From an uncultured delta proteobacterium (GTDB taxonomy: Bacteria; Myxococcota_A; Polyangia; Polyangiales; Houyiibacteriaceae): a DNA stretch of 64,000 bases. Positions 9,300-18,978 of this stretch are shown here, piece by piece (the stretch's first letter is position 1; each line of letters starts with the position of its first letter). The notes below the pieces were generated by a model that saw only the letters and a list, made by a program, of their open reading frames with translations, did no database searches and had not been told where the DNA came from. The stretch is from assembly GCA_963699755.1 (NCBI GenBank), contig CAVOVB010000001.1, positions 416,001 to 480,000 on the forward strand. The letters are read 5' to 3'. The position numbers were made by a program, and so were the translations under genes.

Positions 9300-10723
9300 T
9301 GCTCCGCTCGCTTCAAAGAAGGCTGCTCGAGCCTCGCGACGCTGCCTCCTTGGCGGCGTTTCGTTTTCTCTTCGGCGCTATTCTCTGCGTGAGCTCGGTT
9401 CGTTTCCTCTGGAACGGCTGGGTCGAGCGCTTCTACGTACAACCGACGTTCTTCTTCAAGTACTGGGGCTTCGAATGGGTGCGCGTCCTACCAGAGCCCT
9501 GGATGACCGCGGCCTACGTCGCGATGGCGGTGCTCGCCGCATTCGTCGCGCTCGGGTTCCTTTATCGTTTCTCGATCGCCGCGCTGTTCCTGCTGTTCAC
9601 GTACGTGGAGCTCATCGACGTCACCAACTACCTAAACCACTACTACCTCGTCAGTCTCCTCGGATTTCTGATGTGCTTCTTGCCGTTGCAACGCGCCTAC
9701 TCGATCGACGCGTGGCTCCGGCCGGACCGATTCGAGCCCGTGGTGCCGGCCTGGATGCTCTACCTGATGCGCTTTCAGATCGGGGTCGTCTACTTCTACG
9801 CCGGAATCGCGAAGCTTCAGCCTGACTGGCTCCTGCACGCGCAGCCTCTCGGAATTTGGCTCGCCGCGCGAGCGGAGACACCGCTCATCGGAGCGCTTCT
9901 CACGTGGCCCACGATGCCCCACATCATGAGCTGGGCGGGCTTCTTGAACGACACCTTGGTCGTCCCGTTTCTTCTCTGGCGTAAGACGCGACCGTACGCC
10001 TTCGCCACGGTCGTTTTCTTTCACTTCTGCACACACCTGCTCTTCGTCATCGGCGTGTTTCCGTTCTTGATGGTCAGCGGAGCGACCTTGTTCTTCGATC
10101 CGGATTGGCCGAGAAAGCTCGCCTCGCGCTTGGGCGCATGGGTCGGCCGTCCGATCACGCCAGCCGTCGGCTCTGGCGAGCCTCGAAGTGAGCCGGCGGG
10201 ACGTTGGTCGACGGCGGCCGCGGCGCTCGTGGCGGTTTACTGCCTCGTGCAGGCGGTCGTTCCGCTTCGGGCCCATCTCTACCCCGGAGACGTGCTCTGG
10301 CACGAGCAGGGGATGCGCTACTCCTGGCGCGTGATGGTTCGCGAGAAGAACGGAAGCATCCGTTACCGCGTCCGGTGGCGTGGAGCGCAACGCGAGGTCC
10401 AGGTCCCGCCGAGCCGCTACCTCACCAACCATCAGGAGCGGGAGACGTCCGGACAGCCCGACTTGATCCTTCAGCTCGCGCGCCGAATCGCCCGCGACTA
10501 CGAGGACCGCGGCCATGAGGACGTCGAGGTTCGCGTCGACGCGCTGGTGTCGCTGAATGGCCGGCGCGCCGCAGCCATGATCGACCCTGACGTCGATCTC
10601 GCGAGCGAGTCGGACACGCTCGCCATCATGCGTTGGATTGCACCCTCCCCTCCGGGCGAGCCTCTGCCTGCTTATCCCGACGCACGGAGGCTCGTAGTCC
10701 AGTCGAAGCGGATCGCGAGGTGA
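9299..10723 (+). CDS. HTTM-domain / vitamin K-dependent gamma-glutamyl carboxylase-like membrane protein
   Basis: SLAAFRFLFG, YLNHYYL, RFQIGVVYFYAGIAKLQPDWL, IGVFP, RYSWRVM, QPDLILQLA, VSLNGR..IDPDVDL. Confidence 0.9.
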   Translation: MLRSLQRRLLEPRDAASLAAFRFLFGAILCVSSVRFLWNGWVERFYVQPTFFFKYWGFEWVRVLPEPWMTAAYVAMAVLAAFVALGFLYRFSIAALFLLFTYVELIDVTNYLNHYYLVSLLGFLMCFLPLQRAYSIDAWLRPDRFEPVVPAWMLYLMRFQIGVVYFYAGIAKLQPDWLLHAQPLGIWLAARAETPLIGALLTWPTMPHIMSWAGFLNDTLVVPFLLWRKTRPYAFATVVFFHFCTHLLFVIGVFPFLMVSGATLFFDPDWPRKLASRLGAWVGRPITPAVGSGEPRSEPAGRWSTAAAALVAVYCLVQAVVPLRAHLYPGDVLWHEQGMRYSWRVMVREKNGSIRYRVRWRGAQREVQVPPSRYLTNHQERETSGQPDLILQLARRIARDYEDRGHEDVEVRVDALVSLNGRRAAAMIDPDVDLASESDTLAIMRWIAPSPPGEPLPAYPDARRLVVQSKRIAR

Positions 10724-13161
10724 GCAAACGGCGATTCAAGCGCGCTCGGGCAGGACTCGTGGCGCGACTGCTGGTCCTCGTGGTATTCGGCGTCGCTCCG
10801 CGGGTAGCGCACGCGGAAGAGCCCGAGACCCACCCGGAGACGGACGCCCGCGTCAGCGCCGACTCCAATGCTCGCGACGACGCCATGCTCGAGGAGGAGC
10901 TACAGTTACTCGAGGATCAAGTCTACGAAGACGGGGAAGGCGCGCCGCCGTCCGAGGGCGAAGGCGAGCCCTCGCCGCCGAGCTCGAAACCGGAACCGAG
11001 CTCGGCGGTACCCGAGCTCCGCGAAGTGACGGTTCGCTATCGGCCTCAGGACATCTTTCGCATGGGCGGCTCGGTGCAGGCGCTCGACCAGAAACAACTG
11101 CAGACCGTCCAGTACGATGATCCCAACGCGGTCCTGCTTCAGGTTCCCGGCGTCTACATTCGGCAGGAAGACGGTTTTGGCCTTCGCCCCAACATCGGTC
11201 TTCGGGGAACCAATCCCGACCGAAGCTCGAAGGTCACGCTGATGGAGGACGGCGTGCTCTTCGGCCCGGCGCCCTACTCGGCTCCTGCCGCTTACTACTT
11301 TCCGATGATGGCCCGAATCACCGGTGTCGAAGTCTTCAAAGGCCCGGCAGCGATTCTCTACGGCCCACAGACCGTGGCTGGTGCGATCAACTACCTGAGC
11401 CGCCCAGTGCCCGAGAAGCCGCGGGGGCAGGTCGATCTTTCGTACGGACGATTTCAGACCTTCCGCGGCCATCTGCACTACGGACGCCAGAACGACTGGG
11501 GGGGATTCATCGTCGAGGGCATTTACCTCGGCACTCAGGGCTTCAAAGAGCTCGATGGCGACTACGGCCGCGGCAACACCGGCTTTCAGCGGGGCGAGCT
11601 GATGGTCAAGGGCTTCGTCAACAACGACCTCGCATCGCATGCGTTCAATCGGCTGACCGTCAAGTTCGTCGGATCCAGAGAGAGCTCGAATGAAACATAT
11701 CTCGGCCTCACCGACGAGGACTTCGCCTCGAACCCCGACCGCCGCTATGCCTCGAGCCAGCTCGACAACATGCAGTGGTGGCGCACCGCGATCGATTTGA
11801 CCCACAACTTGGCCGTCGGCGATCACATCCTGCTCGAAACCACCGGATACTGGCGTAACTTCGATCGAACGTGGGAGCGGCTCAACCAGTTTCGAGATGG
11901 GACTCAGCTCCTCGACGTTTTGACCCAGCCGACGACACCGCCTCTGGACTCGTACTACCTCGTGCTCACCGGCGAGCAGAACTCGCCATCGGTGACTGGC
12001 GGAACCGACGCCCAGGACCTGATGGTCATCCGCAATCGACGCCGGTTCGTCGTGATGGGGATCCAGACGCGTCTTCGGGCGGATTTCAAGACGGGAAAGG
12101 TCCGTCACGAGATCGAGTCCGGCTTGCGATTTCACTACGACTCGGTGGACCGCTTTCAGCCCGAGCAGGGCTACCGTATGCAAAACACGCAGCTCGTCTG
12201 GGACGGGCTCACGTACGTCGACGATCCCGACCTGCTGATCGACGACAACAAGGGAGAGGCGCAGGCCCTGGCCGGTTACCTCGTCTACGGCCTCGAGATC
12301 GACGAGCTCGTCATCAAGCCCGGCGTGCGCGTGGAGTACATCCGCACGTTCTTCGAGGACGAGAGGAATGCGCCCGAGCTGGGCCGGGTCAGCGAAGACC
12401 CCCAACTCGTGTTCCTTCCGGGCATCGGCCTCCAATACACCATCTTCGAAGGCTTCGCGGTGCTTGGCGGGGTGCACCGCGGGTTCAGCGCCGTAACTCC
12501 GGGCAACCGCGAAACCACGGATCCCGAGCTATCGATCAACTACGAGGCCGGCTTTCGCTACGTCACGAGGGACGGAACCGGCTTTGGAGAAGTGATCGGG
12601 TTTTTCAACGACTACAACAACATCACGAGTGAGTGCACCCAGTCCGCCGGGTGTGATCCCGACCTCGTCAACCAACAGTTCAACAACGGGCGTGCCTTCA
12701 TCGGCGGGGTCGAGGTGATGGGAGGCTACACGGTCGCGCTTCCGCGCGAGCTGTCGATGCCGCTTCGAGTCGCATACACGTACACCAGTGCGACGTACCA
12801 AACGACGTTTGAGTCGTCCGATCCGACGATCGGCGACGTCGAGAAGGGCGATCCGATCCCCTACGTTCCCGCCCACGTGCTCAACGCCCGGCTCGGGTTC
12901 GAGAAGAGCTTCTGGGGTACCTATTTGATCGGGAACTACTTCGGGAAGATGGGGGAAGGCTTCGTTGGCTTGCAGCGGCTGCCCGACACCGAGAGTTACT
13001 TCATGTTGGATGTCGTCGGCCGCGTTCGCTTCGAACCCGTGGAGGCTTACCTTCGCCTTCAGAACATCACCAATGCGCGCGCGATCGTGTCCCGACGACC
13101 CTACGGCGCCAGGCCGACCGCGCCGCTCATGGTCCAGGTCGGCGTTCAAGTCACCTTCTAA
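10720..13161 (+). CDS. TonB-dependent receptor, FecA-like
   Basis: Plug VPGVYIRQEDGFGLRPNIGLRG, SAPAAYYFP, EVFKGPAAILYGP; C-terminal F; GTG overlaps the upstream TGA. Confidence 0.93.
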   Translation: MSKRRFKRARAGLVARLLVLVVFGVAPRVAHAEEPETHPETDARVSADSNARDDAMLEEELQLLEDQVYEDGEGAPPSEGEGEPSPPSSKPEPSSAVPELREVTVRYRPQDIFRMGGSVQALDQKQLQTVQYDDPNAVLLQVPGVYIRQEDGFGLRPNIGLRGTNPDRSSKVTLMEDGVLFGPAPYSAPAAYYFPMMARITGVEVFKGPAAILYGPQTVAGAINYLSRPVPEKPRGQVDLSYGRFQTFRGHLHYGRQNDWGGFIVEGIYLGTQGFKELDGDYGRGNTGFQRGELMVKGFVNNDLASHAFNRLTVKFVGSRESSNETYLGLTDEDFASNPDRRYASSQLDNMQWWRTAIDLTHNLAVGDHILLETTGYWRNFDRTWERLNQFRDGTQLLDVLTQPTTPPLDSYYLVLTGEQNSPSVTGGTDAQDLMVIRNRRRFVVMGIQTRLRADFKTGKVRHEIESGLRFHYDSVDRFQPEQGYRMQNTQLVWDGLTYVDDPDLLIDDNKGEAQALAGYLVYGLEIDELVIKPGVRVEYIRTFFEDERNAPELGRVSEDPQLVFLPGIGLQYTIFEGFAVLGGVHRGFSAVTPGNRETTDPELSINYEAGFRYVTRDGTGFGEVIGFFNDYNNITSECTQSAGCDPDLVNQQFNNGRAFIGGVEVMGGYTVALPRELSMPLRVAYTYTSATYQTTFESSDPTIGDVEKGDPIPYVPAHVLNARLGFEKSFWGTYLIGNYFGKMGEGFVGLQRLPDTESYFMLDVVGRVRFEPVEAYLRLQNITNARAIVSRRPYGARPTAPLMVQVGVQVTF

Positions 13162-13230
13162 CTATTTGAATTTACGCGGGATTCAAGCTCTTCAATTGAG
13201 CCGGCCCCGGAAGATGGCGGCGGGGTTGTT

Positions 13231-13249
13231 GAAGATGATTATCAATGTC
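13231..13249. promoter_or_regulatory. Putative Fur box upstream of tonB
   Basis: GAAGATGATTATCAATGTC, 15/19 to the Fur consensus. Confidence 0.65.
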
Positions 13250-13263
13250 AGAGTTCTCTCGCG

Positions 13264-14007
13264 ATGAACCCCCGCTCGCCGAGCTTTCTGCTCTCTTCCA
13301 TCGTGGTTCACGGTGCGTTTTTCTCCGCGTTGGCGGCCACGCCCACCGAGGTGGAACCGAGCCCCATGAGCCGTGCGATCGAGTTCATCACGATCACCGA
13401 GCATGGTGGCGGACGCCTCGGAAACGACGAAAGCATCGGAGACGCGGCGAAGGTTCCCGAGACGCCACCCGAACGGCTCTTCCGAAAGGTGGAGCCGAAA
13501 CCGAAACCCTCACGTCCGGTCGCTGAGACCGCCCCGAAACCCGAGGCGCCGTCGGTTCCGAACGAGCCCATCGCGTCCGGCGCGCAAAGCGAGGGAGTCA
13601 CGGAGAATGCGACCGCTGCAAACGGCGATGCCTCGGCAATGGGCTCGGCGGGCACCGACCCGGAAGCGACGAAGTCGGGTGTGGGCAGTGGCGCGGAAGG
13701 CGTCGATCGACGGTCCGCGCTGCGTGCGTGGCTCAAGGAGGTCCAGCGCGAGGTCAACAAGATCGCCACGCGCAACTATCCACGCTCGGCCCTCCGCATG
13801 CGACTGGAAGGCAGGTTGCGCCTCGGCGTGACGATCGGCCCCGACGGAAAGATTCTCGGGGTCCGAGTTCTTTCGTCTTCGGGTCACAGCGTGCTCGACG
13901 AGTCGGCCACGGCCTCCGTCAACGCGCTCCACATTCCGCCGCCGCCCGAGGCCCTCGGCTGGCGCGCACGCGAGATCTCACTTCCAGTTCGGTACGCGCT
14001 GGATTGA
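13264..14007 (+). CDS. tonB: Energy transducer TonB
   Basis: N-terminal TM with SxxVH, Pro-rich linker, YPRSALRMRLEG..SSGHSVLD..LPVRY. Confidence 0.88.
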   Translation: MNPRSPSFLLSSIVVHGAFFSALAATPTEVEPSPMSRAIEFITITEHGGGRLGNDESIGDAAKVPETPPERLFRKVEPKPKPSRPVAETAPKPEAPSVPNEPIASGAQSEGVTENATAANGDASAMGSAGTDPEATKSGVGSGAEGVDRRSALRAWLKEVQREVNKIATRNYPRSALRMRLEGRLRLGVTIGPDGKILGVRVLSSSGHSVLDESATASVNALHIPPPPEALGWRAREISLPVRYALD

Positions 14008-14308
14008 ATCGAGCTGAAACGAGTCCCGGCTCGAGATCGAACCCGCGGCCAACACGAGGACCCGATCCCCGTCAATCGTTCGTGACGCCTGAGTCCGGGA
14101 TGGCTGCTTCGCTGATACCGGCGCCTCGTGCCTCGGGCTCCCCGGCGGTCGCGTCCCCGGAATCCTTGCATCCAGGACCGCCCTCGATCTTCACGGCATC
14201 GTGCTCGCAGGTGATCTTGTCCGATTTGGCCCTACTGGTGATGAGAAGGCGCATCCGACCGAGTAGCCCCCCTGCTCCCGCCGAGTCAGAGCATAGTCGA
14301 CACAAACG

Positions 14309-15780
14309 CAATGCCGTTCACTTAGGAGTCCCGCGGCGGTTTCCCTTTGCGGTTTGAAGGATACTGACTGGCTTTTCGCTTGAACGCTCTAGGGTAGCGG
14401 CGCGAGGAGCGCCGCTCTGGCAGGAGGAAAAGCGACAGTTGTTGCCGCAAGCGTTTGAGGTGCGTGGGAATGGCTCCCGGCTGAGCCACTGCGCACCAGA
14501 GAAACTCGTCACGAATGAATCGGTGGGACGCGATGAAGCTGATCCTCAGAGGGCTTACGTTCGCTTCCTTTGCGACCTGCTCCATCTCGCGACGCACGAG
14601 GTTGTACGCTAGAAGGACGCCCCACAATTCCTGCCGCACTCCCTGCGGAGTTTGACTTCGCATCGGGACGTTGCGCTCGAGCATGTCGGTCTTGAGCTCA
14701 CCGAAGCCCATCTCGATTTCCCATCGCTCGTGATACAGAGCGATGATCTCTTTTGCCGGATACTTCGTTGGGTCCAGCAACGAGGTCAGCAGCATTTGCT
14801 CCTTTCCACCTTTCATCCGATAGCGGATACGACGCACCCTCCAATGCAAGGGCAGCGTCGGCTCCTTTGCTCGTGTGGCCGCACATATCGTAAACTCCAC
14901 GAGCTCATCGGTGTGGGTGGTGCGCGTGACCACTCTGCCCGTTGTATCCGAGCGTGCACGAACCAGAAAATGGCGATTGGCGCCACCTTGGTGCAACGGG
15001 TGCAACACGTTGGAGGCCTGAAACCCGCGGTCCACAATCGTCAGAGAATCGTCGGGAATCTCATCCCAAAGTTGCCGCGCATAGGTGTGCTCGCCCTGCT
15101 TGCAAGGTCCAAAGGCGACCGCAGCAAGCATCTGTGAACGAAGCGCCATCAACGCAACCGCTCGCATCACGGGATATCCGCTGCCTTCTGGTGCGAGGCG
15201 ACCGACAATGAGTCCGAACTCGTGTCGGTTCGCCTCTGAATCGGGAACACGCAACGACGTTCCATCCACTGCATACAACGCCAGACCACGCCACCGACCC
15301 CGATCGGCGCTTTGATGAGCCCACTTGTTCGCGCACTGCTCAAACAGCCACCGCACAGGCTCTTGTCCCAGCCGCGCTCGAGCCTGCGAAATGGCGCTCG
15401 GAGCCACCGTTACGTGACCCGAGCCGGGCAACGCCAGGTCGAGCTTGTTCACCACGTCCGTGATCGACCGGTCCTTGAACAGCGCCATGCCGAGCACCAA
15501 CCACACCACTTGCTCCGCCGGTAGCCGTCTGCGTCTCAGCGTCGCCGTGCCTGTCGCACGCAGCGCCTCTTCAATCCACTCTCGCGGGAGGTGCTTGCGA
15601 AATGCATCGAGCTCCGGCGGTCCACCTAGACTCGCACAACCAGTGACAATCTCCTGCAACATGGGCCAACCCCCCTCGGTGCTGGCCAGTCTGATCTCAT
15701 CGGCGACCGATTAACAGAACCTTTCCACGCCGACTTCCCAAAGCATTTCGATCACTTCCATCACTAACTGATCGGCATTG
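14309..15780 (-). mobile_element. IS4-family insertion sequence, complete, with 10-bp target duplication
   Basis: TIRs CAATGCCGTTCACTTAG / CTAACTGATCGGCATTG; direct repeat GACACAAACG at 14299-14308 and 15781-15790. Confidence 0.95.
14322..15662 (-). CDS. IS4-family DDE transposase
   Basis: [37 protein letters not shown] (YREK motif). Confidence 0.95.
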   Translation of the reverse strand: MLQEIVTGCASLGGPPELDAFRKHLPREWIEEALRATGTATLRRRRLPAEQVVWLVLGMALFKDRSITDVVNKLDLALPGSGHVTVAPSAISQARARLGQEPVRWLFEQCANKWAHQSADRGRWRGLALYAVDGTSLRVPDSEANRHEFGLIVGRLAPEGSGYPVMRAVALMALRSQMLAAVAFGPCKQGEHTYARQLWDEIPDDSLTIVDRGFQASNVLHPLHQGGANRHFLVRARSDTTGRVVTRTTHTDELVEFTICAATRAKEPTLPLHWRVRRIRYRMKGGKEQMLLTSLLDPTKYPAKEIIALYHERWEIEMGFGELKTDMLERNVPMRSQTPQGVRQELWGVLLAYNLVRREMEQVAKEANVSPLRISFIASHRFIRDEFLWCAVAQPGAIPTHLKRLRQQLSLFLLPERRSSRRYPRAFKRKASQYPSNRKGKPPRDS

Positions 15781-15826
15781 GACACAAACGCCCTTTCCGG
15801 TTCGCGTCCCTGGCGACATACCATCT

Positions 15827-16725
15827 GATATGTAGCGACCTGTCTACTGAGAAGATGGGGTTTGCTTTGTTTCCGTTGTGGTTGGTTGAACGGCTCAAAG
15901 AAGCTGGCGAACAAAGCGACGGTTGACCAATCTGATATTCGTGGATCGACCCGAAGGCCGCCGACATGGTCATCATCCGTCGGGAGCTCGCTCAGACTAG
16001 TGGCGCGAGTTGGGCACGGCCGTGCCTATCGCATAGATGTTTCGAGGCTTGTCCTTCCCGTGGGGATGCTTGCCAGCTTCTTTGAACCGTTCAACAAGGA
16101 GGCCCTGCGTGTTCATCTCGGCTTCGCGCTGCCGCCCGACGGCCCACACAAACCCGGCGAGCTCTCGACTCATCGCGGTCACCGCGGTAAGCATCGCCAC
16201 CCCGCGAAGGCTTTGCAGGGCCAGGACCAGCTCTTGCATCCGTGGCGGCGCCTGCTCGACCGCGCGGTCGAGCGCCTTGTCGAGCCGCGCCACGCGCTCG
16301 GTGGCATGCTCGACTTCGTTCTTGTAGTCCACAAACGTCTCCTCTTGCGCCGTATGGTCGAACACCTGCGAATCGAGCCAACGCCAATGCGCCTGGCCCC
16401 AGGCTTGGCTCTGGATATCTCGACGGCGGCCCAGGCGAAGCAAGAATTCCCCAGCCGGTTCGCCCTGCCGAGCTTTTTCATCGCCTTGCGAATCGAGTCG
16501 GGCTGATTCGGAATCGTCCCTACCCCGCGACCACGACCACGGCCGCCTCCTTCGGCCACCGCCACCGTGATCGTGTCCGCGTGCACATCCAGTCCCACGT
16601 ACGTCCAGCTTGCTGTATGGTTCGACATGACCGACTCCCTTCGTATGTAGCTCTGCGCTACGGTCTTTTCCGATTCGCGGCGTAAACTACGGTCTGCGAT
16701 CGGAGTCGGTCGCTACATCTTGACT
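15827..16725 (-). mobile_element. IS110 family (IS1111-type) element with internally deleted transposase and intact-looking downstream non-coding end
   Basis: Sub-terminal IRs ATGTAGCGACC (15830-15840) / GGTCGCTACAT (16708-16718), 3 and 7 nt from the ends; CT core on both sides; transposase fragments YVGLDVH (from 16628) and RELAGFVWA. Confidence 0.85.
15885..16095 (-). ncRNA. Putative bridge/seek RNA of the IS1111-type element
   Basis: 23/24-bp inverted repeat (15885-15908 / 16072-16095) encloses ATATCAG (matches the element end junction) and CATCTA / ACTAG (match the target CATCTAGT). Confidence 0.55.
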
Positions 16726-16743
16726 AGTACCGCGAAATTCGGC

Positions 16744-17791
16744 TGTAAGCCCAATATAGAAATGTCGGGTTTGTGCCAGATTCAAATGTCGGGGTTACCC
16801 GCCCCCGATGGACTCAGGGCTCGTCGTCATGAGCCGGCGCGAGATCGAGCGAGCGCATGTGATGCGCGCGATTGAGGAGCGCCGGCTGACCCAGAAACAA
16901 GCCGCTACGCAGCTGCGGTTGAGCGTGCGTCAGATCGAAGAAGGCATTCGGAAGACTCGTGCGCAGCGTTGCAAACGCATTCAGCAGCCGCGTCACCGTC
17001 GCGATCGCACGGGCGAGCTTGTGCAGATCGACGGCTCGGACCACCACTGGTTTGAGAACCGCGGTCCGAAATGCGTGCTCCTAGTCTACGTCGACGACGC
17101 GACGGGCAAGCTCATGGCGCTCCGGATGTGTGAGTCGGCGTTGAGCTACTTTCACGCGACGCGCGGCTATCTAGAGCGTCACGGCAAGCCGGTGGCCTTT
17201 TACAGGGACAAAGCGGGGGTGTTCCGCGTAATGCCAAGAGTCCCAGGGCCGGCGACGGCTTCACGCAATTTGGCCGCGCCATGACCGACCTCAATATCGA
17301 CGTGATTTGCGCCAATACGCCCGCGGCCAAAGGCCGCGTGGAGCGCGCACACCAAAGGCTTCAAGACCGGCTCGTTAAGGAGCTCCGGCTGCGCGGCATC
17401 TGCACGATGGACGACGCCAATCGGTACTTGCCCGAGTTCATCGAGGACTACAATCGGCGCTTCGCACGGGCCGTCCGAAAACGCCAACAACAAGAAGAAC
17501 AGGAGCTCGTCCGCTCCGCCAAGAGCAAGCGCGAGCAGCGCATCGTGCGCGACCGCTTCGCGGACCGGCTGCCGCCTCCGGGACCCTGAGCCGACCGGCC
17601 CGCGCGAGGCCTACCGACGCCCTCTCAAGCCATCCGCCCTCTTGCCCCCACGGCGACGTTCCCCCAGACGCACCGACGTGTTCGCCCTGCAGAAACCGCC
17701 GTCAGACGCAGCTTCCGGCCGGCCCGCACCCGGCTCCTCCCCGACATTTCAATCTTGGAGAACTAGCCGACGCCTCAGTTTGGTTTTGACA
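16744..17791 (+). mobile_element. IS1202-family (ISNCY) element, degenerate transposase
   Basis: TGT...ACA ends with internal AAATGTCGGG repeats; GELVQIDGSDHHWFE, VDDATG, AKGRVERA..QDRLVKELRL; flanks TCGGC / T-GGC. Confidence 0.85.
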
Positions 17792-18012
17792 TGGCGCTCA
17801 CCTTGAGCCCGATGGGCTAAGAGGCGGGTCGTCGATCGCGAGCAGCCGAGCTCCTCGTTTCCAAGCTTCGGCGACGCCGCCGGCGGGTTCGAGGTCTTCA
17901 TGTCCGAGGGGTATAGCCATGTGGACGTCGTGTCCGCCGAAGACGACGAGACCAACAACTTCGTCGCGCCGCTACTCGCGTTCATCGAGCGCTACCTGGA
18001 GTAGTTGCAGCG

Positions 18013-18822
18013 TCAGCCCCAAAGCTCGTAGAGCGAGATTACGATCTCGAGGAGGATGAGCATGACGATGTACCACTCGACTCGGAGACTCTGGCTGTGC
18101 AGCCGGAGATCGAGGAGCACGCGGGCGGCGCTCGACATGACGTCGAGCTTGCGTTCGAGAGCTCGGTGCCGCTCGACGAGCTCGAGCTCGTCGCTGAGCC
18201 GCGCGTAGAGCGAGTCCAACTCCGGGTGCTCCCAGAGGACCTCGGGCTTCTCGGCCGCTTCGACTCTACCTACCGTACGAGTGAGGGCGAGAAGGGTACT
18301 GCCGATGCGTTTGGCGAGTGCGCGTGCGCTGCGCGGGGTGCGTCCCTCGCGTTCCAGGTCAAGGGCCAGAGGCTCCACCTCCTCAAAGGCAGACGCCGCT
18401 GTCTGCTCGTAGTGAATCAGTGCGACACTCTTCGCGAGGGCGTCGGCAATCACTTGCATCCGGTGGATGTCGATGGTCGGACAGACCACGACCCCATCGC
18501 GTACGCGATCGCCATCGATCTTCTGCGTCGTGAGCCGGAGCCCGTCGCTGACCGGCTCCTCGAATCGCTCGCGCAAGAGCGCGTCGAGCTCGGCCTGAAA
18601 TGCTCGCTGTTCCACGGGCATCACGTTGATGAACACGGCTACCCCGTACCGAAACAGCACGCAGAGCCCATCGCGACCCGCCTCGACCACCAGTGGCGTC
18701 GAGGCCAGACGGTGTGCTTCGAGCTGACGCGTGTCGATTCGCTGAGCGAGGTACACAGCGTCGACCGCAATGTGACGACCTTCGAGGGCCGTCCGGCGCA
18801 ATGCGTCGATACGCTTGACCAT
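18013..18822 (-). CDS. RMD1/DUF155 family protein
   Basis: LFRYGVAVF, ALAKSVAL..YE, EKPEVLWE, ELVERH..L.RKL, RVEWYIVMLILLEI. Confidence 0.88.
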   Translation of the reverse strand: MVKRIDALRRTALEGRHIAVDAVYLAQRIDTRQLEAHRLASTPLVVEAGRDGLCVLFRYGVAVFINVMPVEQRAFQAELDALLRERFEEPVSDGLRLTTQKIDGDRVRDGVVVCPTIDIHRMQVIADALAKSVALIHYEQTAASAFEEVEPLALDLEREGRTPRSARALAKRIGSTLLALTRTVGRVEAAEKPEVLWEHPELDSLYARLSDELELVERHRALERKLDVMSSAARVLLDLRLHSQSLRVEWYIVMLILLEIVISLYELWG

Positions 18823-18881
18823 TCGCGCCTGATAGCATGGAGCCGGGCCGGCAACCCGAGGCCTCTAGGACCTACGAGAGC

Positions 18882-18939
18882 AACAAACCTTCCAACAAAC
18901 CTTCCCAGGTTGAAACCAACGAACCTTCCCAGGTTGAAA
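18882..18939 (+). repeat. Tandem 17-18 bp repeats left of the RAYT gene
   Basis: AACCTTCCCAGGTTGAAA at 18898 and 18922 plus partial AACCTTCC at 18886. Confidence 0.85.
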
Positions 18940-18978
18940 AGAAGGAAACCCGCGGGGGCAGCGACCGAAGAGTAGGGC

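Larger units (their letters stand above)
14295..17823 (+). repeat. Double dif/xrs-like element split by three IS insertions
   Basis: Reconstructs to AGTCGACACAA-ACGCCC-TTTCCGGTTCG-CGTCCC-TGGCGACATAC-CATCTAG-TACCGCGAAAT-TCGGCGCTCACCTTGAGCCCGATGGGCTAAGAG from pieces at 14295-14308, 15791-15826, 16726-16743 and 17796-17823. Confidence 0.85.

Noticed and set aside
10906..12477. Long antisense ORFs (also 7328-8380, 54948-56480, 59442-60539)
   Set aside because: Shadow frames of well-supported genes in GC-rich DNA, with no motifs.
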